Assembly: GCA_002423545.1 (NCBI GenBank)
Contig: DIWP01000001.1
Span: 25,171 to 89,170, forward strand
Source: Thermoleophilia bacterium UBA6103
GTDB taxonomy: Bacteria > Actinomycetota > Thermoleophilia > UBA2241
Length of the DNA stretch: 64,000 nt
Direction: 5' to 3'
Below the pieces are notes generated by a model, which was not told the DNA's origin, made no database searches, and saw only the letters and a program-made list of their open reading frames with translations. Below, in pieces: positions 1 to 8,452 of the stretch (position 1 is its first letter; the number at the start of each line of letters is the position of its first letter). Both the position numbers and the translations under genes were made by a program.

Positions 1-252
1 GTACTGCTCGACGGTGATCAGCGGGTGGTCGCTGAGCTCGAGGTTCTCGCCGTACGGACGCCCCTTCATGAACTGGCCGACATAGACACGCTTGCCGTGG
101 CCGGCGGCCCGCACCGCCAGACCGAAGGCGGCCGTGGTCTTTCCCTTCCCGTCACCTGTGTAGAGGTGGACGTACCCCCTTCCGGCGCTCTCGGTGGCGC
201 CGCGTCCCCCGGCCTCAGCGCCCGGTCGTGGTGATGTCCTGGTGTCGGTCAC
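1..252 (-). CDS. cobO: cob(I)yrinic acid a,c-diamide / corrinoid adenosyltransferase (CobO/BtuR), 5' part only; gene runs off the window edge
   Basis: Minus-strand translation gives ...GRGYVHLYTGDGKGKTTAAFGLAVRAAGHGKRVYVGQFMKGRPYGENLELSDHPLITVEQY, the P-loop signature of BtuR/CobO. Probable GTG start at 250-252, preceded by AGGAGG (RC of 256-261). Not in the ORF track because it is truncated. Confidence 0.6.
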   Translation of the reverse strand, partial: MTDTRTSPRPGAEAGGRGATESAGRGYVHLYTGDGKGKTTAAFGLAVRAAGHGKRVYVGQFMKGRPYGENLELSDHPLITVEQY

Positions 253-357
253 CGGTCCTCCTGTCGTGACAGGGTGGAGTGGGGTCGTCGTCAAGTCGGG
301 TAGCGTCACGTCGGTTCGCTGCCCGGCCGGCAGCCGCCGGCAGATCGTCGACCAGCA

Positions 358-1383
358 TCACAGCGGCAGCTTCTTGTTCTTGAGTCCCATCACGGCATAG
401 GACGTCGCCAGAAGGGGCGTGGCCGAGATGCGACCGAGATGGTAGAAGGAGCCGTTCCTCGCCTGCATGGTGCAGAGGTAGTACACGGGAGATTTGCCGC
501 CTCTGCGCCAGGCGGCTCCCGCCGGGTCTTGACCGGCTGCGACGATACCCTGGATCGCGAGGGCGCTCGACTCGAGCACGGAGCCGCCGAAGTCGTAGGC
601 GAAGCCGCCGTCGCGCTGCTGCTTGGCCTTCATGAACTTCAGTGCGCCGCGGATGACACCGGAGGAACTGCTCACGCCGCCGGCCCGCAGCGCCTGGATG
701 GCGGCGCCGGTGGAATCGACATCGGGGCTGCCACCCGGATTCCACGAGAAGCCGCCGCTGCTGTGCGCCTGCGTCCGCAGCCACTGCACCGCCCGGGAGC
801 GGGCGGCGGATGCGCGCCCGGCGGCTTTGAGGGCCAGGACGGCATAGGTGGTGGTGCTGATAGCAGCGTAGCTGCCCTTGCCGCCGGCCGCGGTGGTGAA
901 GCGGCCGCTGGCGGCATCCTGGTAGGCGAGCAGCTTGACGACGAGATCGACTCGCTTCCTGCCGGCGCGTCGGATCAGGCTGGTCTTGCGCGCCGCCTTG
1001 TAGGCGAGGATGTACTTGGAGTACGTCGCGGCGGGGTTCTTGGGCGTCGTGCCGTCGGCCAACCGCTCGATGTCGAGTCCCTGCATGTACTGGATCGGGG
1101 TCTTGCCGCCCGCGCGCCGCCACTTGGCGGGATCCTGTCCGGCAGCACGGACGGCCATGACCACCCAGGGCGTAGCGGCCGATTGGCTCATCCCCTTGGC
1201 GCTGAAGCCGCCGGACCTGGTCTGACGGCTCTTCAGGTACTTGAGGGCGTTCTTCACCGCCGTCGAGGTCGACGGCAAGGCGGTCGCGTCCGGGGGCGCG
1301 GCGGCGGCTGCGAGGGTCAGAGACAGGGCCGCGCCGATAGCTGCGCCACAGAGCATCAGTGCGACGAGGCGCTTTGTCAGCAT
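358..1383 (-). CDS. secreted prenyltransferase/squalene-oxidase-repeat (alpha/alpha-toroid) protein
   Basis: Real start is the internal ATG giving MLTKRLVALMLCGAAIGAALSLTLAAAAAP (signal peptide). Five repeats with Q..GGF/GSF motifs (SGGFSAKG, SGRFTTAAGG, SGGFSWNPGG, DGGFAYDFGG, NGSFYHLG), typical of PFTB/SQHop cyclase repeats. Overlaps the upstream S-component stop (ATGnnnTGA-type coupling). Confidence 0.75.
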   Translation of the reverse strand: MLTKRLVALMLCGAAIGAALSLTLAAAAAPPDATALPSTSTAVKNALKYLKSRQTRSGGFSAKGMSQSAATPWVVMAVRAAGQDPAKWRRAGGKTPIQYMQGLDIERLADGTTPKNPAATYSKYILAYKAARKTSLIRRAGRKRVDLVVKLLAYQDAASGRFTTAAGGKGSYAAISTTTYAVLALKAAGRASAARSRAVQWLRTQAHSSGGFSWNPGGSPDVDSTGAAIQALRAGGVSSSSGVIRGALKFMKAKQQRDGGFAYDFGGSVLESSALAIQGIVAAGQDPAGAAWRRGGKSPVYYLCTMQARNGSFYHLGRISATPLLATSYAVMGLKNKKLPL

Positions 1384-2264
1384 GTCGCCTCCTTGTTGTC
1401 GTTGACTGGATCGTCGAGGAGCCGCACCTGGGTGCGGGTGCGATAGCGGGTCACGATCTTCACGGCCTGGGGGCCGAAGAGGAGCGCGCAGAGCACGGTG
1501 GCGGCCACATGGGCGGCGTCGAAGAAAGCGCCCTGAGCGTAGAGCGCGATGAACGCCGGCCACGTGTGCGCAGAGAACGTGATGTACATCCACAGCGTCA
1601 TGAACCAGCCGAACGCCAGCGACAGGGCGCCACCGACGAGGGCCAGCTCGCAGCGACCGGGTCGCCGACCGTGCCGGCCCATGAGGCCGCCGGCGAAGCC
1701 GACGGCACCCCAGGCGACCATCTGCCAGGGTGTCCAGGGCCCTTGCCCGAAGAAGAAATTGGACACGAGCGCCGTGGTGGCTCCGATCATGAAGCCGGCG
1801 CTGGGTCCGAACCCGATGCCGCCCACCAGGACGATGAAGGTCACCGGCTTGAAGTTGGGCAGCGAGGCGAAGAGGATGCGGCCTGCCGTGGCGAGCGCGG
1901 CGACGGCGGCGACGATGGCGATCTCCTGGGCGGGCACGGCGCGCAGGCCGTAGAGGGCAACGCCCAGCGCCACCACCGCCGCCACGAGTCCGAACGACAC
2001 CGCCCCCCAGTTCACGCCGCCGGGGTCGATGATCGTCCAGACGATGAGACCGGCCACCGTGCAGGCGGCAGCGGCGACGACCATTACGCCGGCGGGCGAT
2101 CGGCCGGACCCGGTGACGCGCCATCGTGAGGCGAGCGATGGAGGAGACGCTGTGAGGGCGGCTGCGAGCGGGGTCGCCGCGGCGCCGGACGGACGGGGCA
2201 TCTGATCCGTGAGCGTCGGTTGTTCGACGTCGCGACACGACGGAGAAGCGGTCGCTGCCGTCAT
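1377..2264 (-). CDS. ECF transporter substrate-specific (S) component
   Basis: Multi-TM protein with LPNFKPVTFIVLVGGIGFGPSAGFMIGATTALVSNFFFGQGPWTPWQMVAWG, characteristic of ECF S components. Start uncertain: ATG at 2264 (MTAATASPS...) or ATG at 2201 (MPRPSG...). Confidence 0.65.
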   Translation of the reverse strand: MTAATASPSCRDVEQPTLTDQMPRPSGAAATPLAAALTASPPSLASRWRVTGSGRSPAGVMVVAAAACTVAGLIVWTIIDPGGVNWGAVSFGLVAAVVALGVALYGLRAVPAQEIAIVAAVAALATAGRILFASLPNFKPVTFIVLVGGIGFGPSAGFMIGATTALVSNFFFGQGPWTPWQMVAWGAVGFAGGLMGRHGRRPGRCELALVGGALSLAFGWFMTLWMYITFSAHTWPAFIALYAQGAFFDAAHVAATVLCALLFGPQAVKIVTRYRTRTQVRLLDDPVNDNKEATC

Positions 2265-2290
2265 GTCTGTGCCGTATGGCGTCACGCGGC

Positions 2291-4027
2291 TCACAGGGCG
2301 GTCCAGACGACGTCGTCTTCGGTGAGTGCGCCCGGCAGATCGCGACGCAGGAGCCGGTTGATCTGTGTCGAGAAGAAGAGCGAGCCGTGCAGCGCCTCTC
2401 GAACCGGCGCGTCGGCCAGTATGCCGCCGTCGCCGAGCACCACGACACGGTCGGCGGTACGGGCCGCGAACTCCACGTCGTGCGTGACCACCACGACGCA
2501 GCGGCCGGCGCCGGCCCAACGACGCAGAAGGGCGGCAAGGTCGTTCTTGTGCGCCGGGTCCATGCCCCGCGTCGGCTCGTCCAGCACCACGACCGCAGGA
2601 TCGCCGCAGGAGACGATGGCCAGCGCCACGCGTGTCCGTTCGCCGCCGGACAGGTCGCGGGGGTCGCGGCCGAGCAGCGCTCCGAGGTCCAGATCCGAGA
2701 CCAGCATCGACCTCGTCGCCTCGGCCTCGGCAGGCGGGATGCCCAGTGTCGAGAACGAGAAGTCGAGTTCATCGGCGACGCTGTCCCGCACGAAGTAGGC
2801 GCCCGGGTTCTGGCCGAGGAAAGCACAGGTGCGTGCCGCTTCGGCGACGGACATCGACGTCACCTCGGTACCGGTCAGGAGGACCTTGCCGGTGAGGGGC
2901 CTGGCCATGCCGTTGAAGTGACGGACGAGGGTCGACTTGCCGGCGCCGTTCTCTCCCATGATGGCCACCAGGTCACCCGGCCACAGCGCCAGGTCGACCT
3001 CGTCGAGGACGGGCCGATCCGGCGGGTAGCCGGCCGTGAGGCGCCGGACCTCCACCGCGGCCATCGGCCGGCGTCGGAACATCCCGCGAGAGGACGGGCC
3101 CGCACCCTCCGTCGTAACCGCGGCGCTCGCGCTCGCGGTCGGTCCCGGCTCTCGGGTGGCGGCGGAGGCGAGGACGTCCGATCCGGCGAGCGCCAGCCTG
3201 CGACGCGCGTCCTTGACGGTCATGGGAAGCGCGACCAGGTCCTCTGCGGAGGCCGCTCCGTTGAGCCGACCGGCGAACAGCCGCGCCACCGGCGGCAGCA
3301 GCTCGCGGCGTCCCCGGGCGGCCCAGGCGGCAAAGCTCTGGGGGTCGGTATCCTGCAGGATGGCCCCGTCCTCCATGTAGAGCACGCGCGTCGCCAGGTA
3401 GAGGCATCGCTCGATGCGGTGTTCGGCGAGCACGATGGTCGAACCGGTGTCTTCAGACAGGCGTCGGACGGCGGCGAGGAGGTCTTCGGAGCTGACCGGA
3501 TCGAGCTGGGACGTCGGTTCGTCGAGCAGCAGAAGCTGCGGCTGCATCGCCAGGACGGCGGCGAGGGCCACCTTCTGGAGCTCTCCGCCCGAGAGCGTGG
3601 CCAGCTCGGCATGCCGCAGCCGCGAGAGGCCGAGAGAGAGCAGTGACTCCTCGACGAGTCGCGAGATCGCCGGGCCCGCCAATCCCAGGTTCTCGAGGCC
3701 GAACGCCAGCTCGCGCTCCACGCTGACCATGACGGCCTGGTTCTCCGGATCCTGGAAGACCATGCCGACGTGTTCGGCGAGGTCCCGCGGGTCGGTGGTG
3801 CGGGTGTCGAGACCGGCGATCACCGCATGCCCGGAGAACGTACCGCCATGGAAGTGCGGGACCAGCCCGCACAGGGCGCGCAGGAGCGTCGACTTGCCGC
3901 TGCCGGACCCGCCGATCACAAGGACGACCTCCGCCGGTCGCAGGGCGAGCGTCGCGTCACGCAATGCCGGCGACTGCCTTTCCGGGTAGGTGTAGGTGAC
4001 GTGTTCGAGTCGGGCGACCGGTTCCAT
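2291..4027 (-). CDS. ecfA: ECF transporter ATPase, fused tandem EcfA1-EcfA2 (two ABC domains)
   Basis: Two Walker A motifs (GGSGSGKST, GENGAGKST), two ABC signatures (LSGGELQKVALA, LSGGERTRVALA) and two Walker B/D-loops (LLLLDEPTSQLD, VVVLDEPTRGMD). Start MEPVARLEHVTYTY at 4027 overlaps the EcfT stop (TGATG). Confidence 0.9.
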   Translation of the reverse strand: MEPVARLEHVTYTYPERQSPALRDATLALRPAEVVLVIGGSGSGKSTLLRALCGLVPHFHGGTFSGHAVIAGLDTRTTDPRDLAEHVGMVFQDPENQAVMVSVERELAFGLENLGLAGPAISRLVEESLLSLGLSRLRHAELATLSGGELQKVALAAVLAMQPQLLLLDEPTSQLDPVSSEDLLAAVRRLSEDTGSTIVLAEHRIERCLYLATRVLYMEDGAILQDTDPQSFAAWAARGRRELLPPVARLFAGRLNGAASAEDLVALPMTVKDARRRLALAGSDVLASAATREPGPTASASAAVTTEGAGPSSRGMFRRRPMAAVEVRRLTAGYPPDRPVLDEVDLALWPGDLVAIMGENGAGKSTLVRHFNGMARPLTGKVLLTGTEVTSMSVAEAARTCAFLGQNPGAYFVRDSVADELDFSFSTLGIPPAEAEATRSMLVSDLDLGALLGRDPRDLSGGERTRVALAIVSCGDPAVVVLDEPTRGMDPAHKNDLAALLRRWAGAGRCVVVVTHDVEFAARTADRVVVLGDGGILADAPVREALHGSLFFSTQINRLLRRDLPGALTEDDVVWTAL

Positions 4028-4923
4028 CACGGCTCTGCCGGCTGCAGGGGGGTACCGCCGGTGGGGCGCAGCAGCGCCGCGTCGTGGGCTCGCCGTCGGA
4101 TCGCCAGGCGCGTGTCGACGACGCCCGGCAGCACCAGGGTCGCTGCGACGAGCGCTGCGGCCGTGACGAGCCACGATGGGTCGCTCAGGTCCGGGAAGGG
4201 GTCGTCGGTGAGCGGGAAGTAGTTGAACGACGCGATCCCCGTCGCCAGTCCGGCAAGCACTGCGGCGACGGCGCCCGCGGCACAGAGCACGATGAGCACG
4301 TCGGCCGCCCGCCAGCGGCGGCCGCGGTGCCACGCCCGCCGGCCGGGACGTCCGTAGCCCCGCGCCTCCATCGACTCGGCGACGTCGGTGGCACGCTCCA
4401 GGCTGCGCGATATCAACGCTCCGAGGAGCGGTAGGCGTCGCGTCGCCTTCTGTCGCCAGCTGCCGCGATCGAGCTCCACGCCGCGCGCGCGCTGAGCGTC
4501 GGAGATCCGTGCCGCATCCCGTGAGAGCACCGGGAACATGCGTGTCGCCAGTGAGACCACCAGACCGGAACGGAACGACACGCGGCTCATGATCGCGAGC
4601 TGTTCGTCCTGGTCGAGCAGTGTGGTGTAGAGCGCGAAGGCGGCGACGACGGCGACCAGCCTGACCGCCATGCCGACGGCGAAGTAGATGCCCTGGATGG
4701 AGATGGCGATGTGCAGCGGCCCGAGCTCGGCCTGCCAGAGCACGTCGAGCCCCGCCTGGCTCACCAGAGGGTTGACGATGAACAGGAAGACGGTGATGTA
4801 GAGGCCGAAGCGGAGGTACGGCCAGGCGGCGCGTAGACGACGCGAGAGGACCAGGACGAGAAGGATGACAGCGAGGACGACGGCCACCTGGATGGGGTTG
4901 GCGATCACGATCGATGCCACCAT
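4027..4923 (-). CDS. ecfT: ECF transporter transmembrane (T) component (EcfT/CbiQ family)
   Basis: Start MVASIVIANPIQVAVVLAVILLV...; hydrophobic EcfT-like core with ...LDEQLAIMSRVSF...RGYG... Stop overlaps the ecfA start. Confidence 0.8.
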   Translation of the reverse strand: MVASIVIANPIQVAVVLAVILLVLVLSRRLRAAWPYLRFGLYITVFLFIVNPLVSQAGLDVLWQAELGPLHIAISIQGIYFAVGMAVRLVAVVAAFALYTTLLDQDEQLAIMSRVSFRSGLVVSLATRMFPVLSRDAARISDAQRARGVELDRGSWRQKATRRLPLLGALISRSLERATDVAESMEARGYGRPGRRAWHRGRRWRAADVLIVLCAAGAVAAVLAGLATGIASFNYFPLTDDPFPDLSDPSWLVTAAALVAATLVLPGVVDTRLAIRRRAHDAALLRPTGGTPLQPAEP

Positions 4924-5086
4924 GAGAGCGGCGATGCCGGCCAGAGCCGCCGCCGGCTGAGCCGCGGCCAGGCCGTGGGTGGGCGGTCGCCCTGCCCAGC
5001 GATCGCGACGGACACCGCCGGCTGCCGATCGGCCGCCGGGTCCGACCGCCGAGGATCGTCCCTGCTGTGCCGTGTCAGAGGGCACG

Positions 5087-6025
5087 TCAGTCTTCTCCGC
5101 CGGCCTGCTGTGGGAGGCGCACGAGCTCGTCGCCACGCAGGCCGATCGCCACGTAGGCGCCCGGTATCCCGTCGCCGAGTCGCTCGATGAGCGTGCCGAT
5201 GGCCCGTGCGTCGCGGCCGATGAAGACCAGCAGCGTCGCCTCGGCGTCCTCCGGGTGCGGCGCGCCGAGCACGGCCGCGTCGAGTTCGCCTCGCGGCGTG
5301 CCGGTGTAGTCCAGAGCCAGCAATGTCGGGCCGTCGATGGCGACGAAGATGCCGGCCTGTGCGCCGGGATCCAGCAACGCGGACAGCCATGTGTCCCCCT
5401 GCAGCTCCGCGACGGTCGCCACGACCAGCGACGGATCGGACGGCAAAGGCGAGAGCGGTCGCGCAGCATCGACCGTGAGTCCCTGTGCCGTAGCCCACGC
5501 CGCGACAGCGTCGGCCTCAGCGTCCGCAAGCAGCGCCAGTGAGCTGTCCTGCCAGGGCTGCGGGAAGGCCTGCAGCACCACCGGCATGAAGCCCGAGCCC
5601 TGCCAGGCGTGGTGGTCCCACCAGATCGTCTCACCGCCGGTCAGGCGCTGGTCGGCGGCGCCGACCTGCCCCATCCGGCCGGCGACCCAGTAGAACCAGT
5701 CGCGGGGCTCGCCGGTGGCGCCGAAGGTACTCTCGATGCCGTCGATGGCGTTCACGAAGCCACCACCGTAGGCTGTCTTGACCTCAGCCTGAGTGGCCAG
5801 GACCTCCATCACATCGGTCTCGTCCTCGAAGTCGACCAGGACGTCACGCAGGACGTCGGCACCGAAGCCCGTGGAGATCACGAGCCGGATCTTGTCGGCT
5901 GGGACTGCCGCGGCCGCGGGAGAGGCGTCGTCGCGGGCCGACGAGGCAGTGCTCGAGGTCCCGTCCTCCTCACTGCGGACGCCGGCGCAGCCGGTCACCG
6001 ACACGAGCAGCAGGCCAAAGACCAT
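5087..6025 (-). CDS. secreted lipoprotein, DUF4430-like (transcobalamin/intrinsic-factor beta-domain-like)
   Basis: Start MVFGLLLVSVTGCAG (lipobox VTGC). Contains DWFYWVAGRMGQVGAADQRLTGGETIWWDH, matching the W.Y.VNG....GA....GD.V.W DUF4430 pattern. DUF4430 assignment is from memory of that family, not a search. Confidence 0.65.
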   Translation of the reverse strand: MVFGLLLVSVTGCAGVRSEEDGTSSTASSARDDASPAAAAVPADKIRLVISTGFGADVLRDVLVDFEDETDVMEVLATQAEVKTAYGGGFVNAIDGIESTFGATGEPRDWFYWVAGRMGQVGAADQRLTGGETIWWDHHAWQGSGFMPVVLQAFPQPWQDSSLALLADAEADAVAAWATAQGLTVDAARPLSPLPSDPSLVVATVAELQGDTWLSALLDPGAQAGIFVAIDGPTLLALDYTGTPRGELDAAVLGAPHPEDAEATLLVFIGRDARAIGTLIERLGDGIPGAYVAIGLRGDELVRLPQQAGGED

Positions 6026-6287
6026 GACTATCCCCGGCAAAGCGGCCGCTGGGGCCACGGAGCCTGCGCCTTCACGCCGCCACTGCGGCGTGATGACGCG
6101 TCGTAGCCGGAGCTGTAGACTGCGCAGAGCAGCGCTCCAGGGGCGTGCGACGGGTGCGACCGCGGGAATCGGGGGGACTCGGTCGCTCACTCGCACGCCC
6201 CTGCAGCGTTGCTCTCGTGTGTTCGTCTGGTCTCCATCTCGACGCTCTTGACCCTTCAACAGGTCCGTCCTCTTGTGTTGGTGGGAG

Positions 6288-6330
6288 GCCGGCACCCGAC
6301 GGCCGTGAAGGGGACCGCCGGGTGCCGGCT
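6288..6330 (-). terminator. GC-rich hairpin just after the stop of the 6348-7493 gene (possible weak terminator or attenuator; no U-tract)
   Basis: Minus-strand GCCGGCACCCG-(20 nt)-CGGGUGCCGGC, 11-bp perfect stem, followed by CUCCCACCAACAC (not U-rich). Confidence 0.3.
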
Positions 6331-6347
6331 CATCGCAGGCCGTGCGA

Positions 6348-7493
6348 CTACTTGCGGACGCTGACGTTGTGCATCTTGACCGTCGAGACGCGGCCCCACT
6401 CGTCCCAGGCCTTCAGGTAGACCGTGACCCGCTTGCCGATCCGTTTGCCTGTCCTGCCCGTCCAGGTGAAGCCCTGCCGGCCGCCGCTTGCGTGGGTCCT
6501 CCAGCCGCGGGCGAGCGTCGTGCTGCCGCTCTTGATCCACCACTGGACGCGGGCGGCCTTGTTGATCTTGTACCGCACCGTCAGAGCACGATTGCGCCGG
6601 AACTTCTTCGGTGTGGCCGTCACGCCGCTGAACGCCGGCTTGCTGCCCACATTGACGATGACCGTGTCGGAGCGTGCGTACACGGTGCCGTCCATGGCCT
6701 TCTCGGCCCAGACGTAGTACGTGCCGTTGCCGAGGTTCGGCAGGTCAAGCCGCTTGTTGGAGCGACTGGCCTTGAACCTGACCTTGGCGCCCGCCAGCTT
6801 GAGGCCCTTGGAGCGCGAGCCGGTCAGGACGCTGGCCCGGTTACCGACGTAGACGGTCGCGCCGGACACCTCGGGGAACTGGTCCGGCGTCTGGATCATG
6901 CTCGGATCGCTGATGCCGAAACGGGTGGCGTCGGCCTGGCTGTTGACCTTGGCCAGGTCGTCACCCTTGATCGTCAGGTCCAATGCCTGTCCCGGTGTCA
7001 GGGCGCGCACCGGCGAGCCGTCGATGACGAGCAGCGTGCTCGGCTTCGAGAACGTGTTGTCGGGGTTCTGGAACCAGAGGTAGTCGTCATCGGCGACGCT
7101 CGGCAGGTTGGCGGCTCCCAAAGGCGAGCTATAGCCGTTGACGGCGAACGACCACCAGTCCGCGTAGGTCACCGGGTCCATAGCCTGGCGGGAGAACCAG
7201 CCGACGAACGGCCCCATACCGAAGACATCGAAGTCCCAGGTGACGCCGGCCATCTCGGTGGCAAGGGCGGTCGCTCCGAAGGCCGTGGCCTCCGTCGAGG
7301 TGTACTCGGTCCCCTCGCTGTCGTAGTAGGTCCCGCCTCCGGCGGCTTCCTCGACCCACGTCTGCGGCAGGGCGGTGAAGCCCTTGGCCTCGACTCTGAC
7401 GCTGGTCTCGACGGCGAGCGCCGCCGGGGCGGCGAGGAGCACGGTCAACAGGACGAGCCCCAACGCCAGTGGCACGGACATCCGCTTCTTCAC
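6348..7493 (-). CDS. secreted two-domain protein: N-terminal DUF4430-like domain + C-terminal Ig-like (FlgD-Ig-like) basic domain
   Basis: GTG start (MKKRMSVPLALGLVLLTVLLAAPAALA signal peptide) preceded by AAAGGAGGA RBS. Contains WWSFAVNGYSSPLGAANLPSVADDDYLWF (DUF4430-like). C-terminal K/R-rich beta-rich domain. First gene after the B12 riboswitch. Confidence 0.7.
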   Translation of the reverse strand: MKKRMSVPLALGLVLLTVLLAAPAALAVETSVRVEAKGFTALPQTWVEEAAGGGTYYDSEGTEYTSTEATAFGATALATEMAGVTWDFDVFGMGPFVGWFSRQAMDPVTYADWWSFAVNGYSSPLGAANLPSVADDDYLWFQNPDNTFSKPSTLLVIDGSPVRALTPGQALDLTIKGDDLAKVNSQADATRFGISDPSMIQTPDQFPEVSGATVYVGNRASVLTGSRSKGLKLAGAKVRFKASRSNKRLDLPNLGNGTYYVWAEKAMDGTVYARSDTVIVNVGSKPAFSGVTATPKKFRRNRALTVRYKINKAARVQWWIKSGSTTLARGWRTHASGGRQGFTWTGRTGKRIGKRVTVYLKAWDEWGRVSTVKMHNVSVRK

Positions 7494-7544
7494 GGATCCT
7501 CCTTTCCGGCGCCGGTCGCATTCCCCCCTGCTTCGCGAAGCTGC

Positions 7545-7583
7545 CCGAAGAAAAGGACCCCGTCGCTTCCGCTACGGGGTCCG
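7545..7583 (-). terminator. intrinsic terminator / riboswitch expression platform
   Basis: Minus-strand GGACCCCGU-agcggaagcg-ACGGGGUCC (9-bp perfect stem) followed by UUUUCUUC. Located between the B12 box and the RBS/GTG of the 7493 gene. Confidence 0.7.
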
Positions 7584-7639
7584 GCAAGGCTCGAAACGAA
7601 CAGAGCCCCCATCCGCGTGGGAAGCAGCTTCACGTAAGC

Positions 7640-7812
7640 GGCTCGCTCGGTTTTCTGACTTCCGGTCGATTGCCTGGCCGTCGCTGCCTTCCCGGGCCTC
7701 TGCCCAGTGGCTCTCCTAAAGGAGACCGCGACGGTCGCGACCGGTCACAGCGGCGGGACCGTGCCGGAGTTGCACCGACTTCCCGTTGGGCGCTACAGCC
7801 GCGCGCCATCGG
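7640..7812 (-). ncRNA. cobalamin (B12) riboswitch
   Basis: Minus-strand RNA reads ...GUAGCGCCcaacGGGAAgucGGUGcaAcUCCggcaCGGUCCCGCCGCUGUGAccgg ... GCCACUGggcagaggcccGGGAAGGCagcgacggccaggcaaucgACCGGAAGUCAGAAAACCgaGC. This matches the conserved core (GGGAA..GGUG.A.UCC...CGGUCCCGCC.CUGU.A), the GCCACUG element and a B12-box-like AGUCAGaaaACC. It lies directly upstream of the ECF/DUF4430 operon. Confidence 0.75.
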
Positions 7813-7918
7813 TAGATGAACGAGTGCATGCTAGCGCAGCGAGCAGGGTGTGTCCAGTGGGAGATTTTCTCGTCTCAGCGGGATGCTGCGGTGATGAGCG
7901 GGGCGGTCGCTGCGCCGG

Positions 7919-8419
7919 CTACTTGGGCAGCTCTTCCCGAACGTCCCAGAGGACGTCTCCGCTGCGGTAGTCGAGCATGGCGATGATCAGGTCCTGGCCG
8001 CTGCGGCGCACAGTGCCCTCGATCTGCCAGACGAAGCGGAAGGGCGGCACGATCGTGGCCGCCTGATCGAGATCGGCGGGAAGGCCGGTGAGGTCGGCAC
8101 CATCGGGCAGCGGCTCGAAGGTGTGGGCAGCGCCCGGACTCAGGTAGAGCAGCCGGGCCGCCACGACCTCGAAGTCACTGCCGCGGAACAGCTGATCGGC
8201 CTCCTGGTACGCGGCGCCGGAGGTCTTCAGACGCGAGTCGCCGGGGACGGTGAGGCCTGCCACCAGGAACCGCCAGCTCCGCCACGGATGCGTGAGGAAG
8301 CTCGCGTTCTGACTCCCGGCAGTGTACCGATACGCCACGAGCGAGGGCAGATAGAAGACGACCAGCGCCGCGACGAGCGCCACCAGCGCCCAGAACAGCT
8401 TCGATCTGCCTCTCAGCAT
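7919..8419 (-). CDS. hypothetical membrane-anchored protein
   Basis: ORF with N-terminal TM helix (LFWALVALVAALVVFYLPSLV) and good GC3. Immediately downstream of the MBL hydrolase gene. Confidence 0.45.
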   Translation of the reverse strand: MLRGRSKLFWALVALVAALVVFYLPSLVAYRYTAGSQNASFLTHPWRSWRFLVAGLTVPGDSRLKTSGAAYQEADQLFRGSDFEVVAARLLYLSPGAAHTFEPLPDGADLTGLPADLDQAATIVPPFRFVWQIEGTVRRSGQDLIIAMLDYRSGDVLWDVREELPK

Positions 8420-8452
8420 GGTGCCGCCGCGCCTCCTCCCGTCCGCTGGTCG

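Noticed and set aside
358-2826. 822-aa minus-strand ORF
   Set aside because: This read-through artefact fuses an Arg/Pro-rich out-of-context N-terminus onto the real 341-aa prenyltransferase-repeat protein. Its upstream part overlaps the S-component gene in another frame.
4975-6106. Multiple plus-strand ORFs (e.g. 4979-5542, 5609-6106, 5793-6251) opposite ecfT and the lipoprotein gene
   Set aside because: They are antisense to genes with clear homology and motifs, with low-complexity Arg/Ala/Pro-rich translations typical of GC-rich antisense frames.
6026-6347. Possible second cobalamin riboswitch upstream of the DUF4430 lipoprotein gene
   Set aside because: It has only a partial B12-box-like GGAGACC and lacks the GGGAA/GGUG/CCCGCC core seen in the 7640-7812 element. 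Reported instead as an unclassified structured region.
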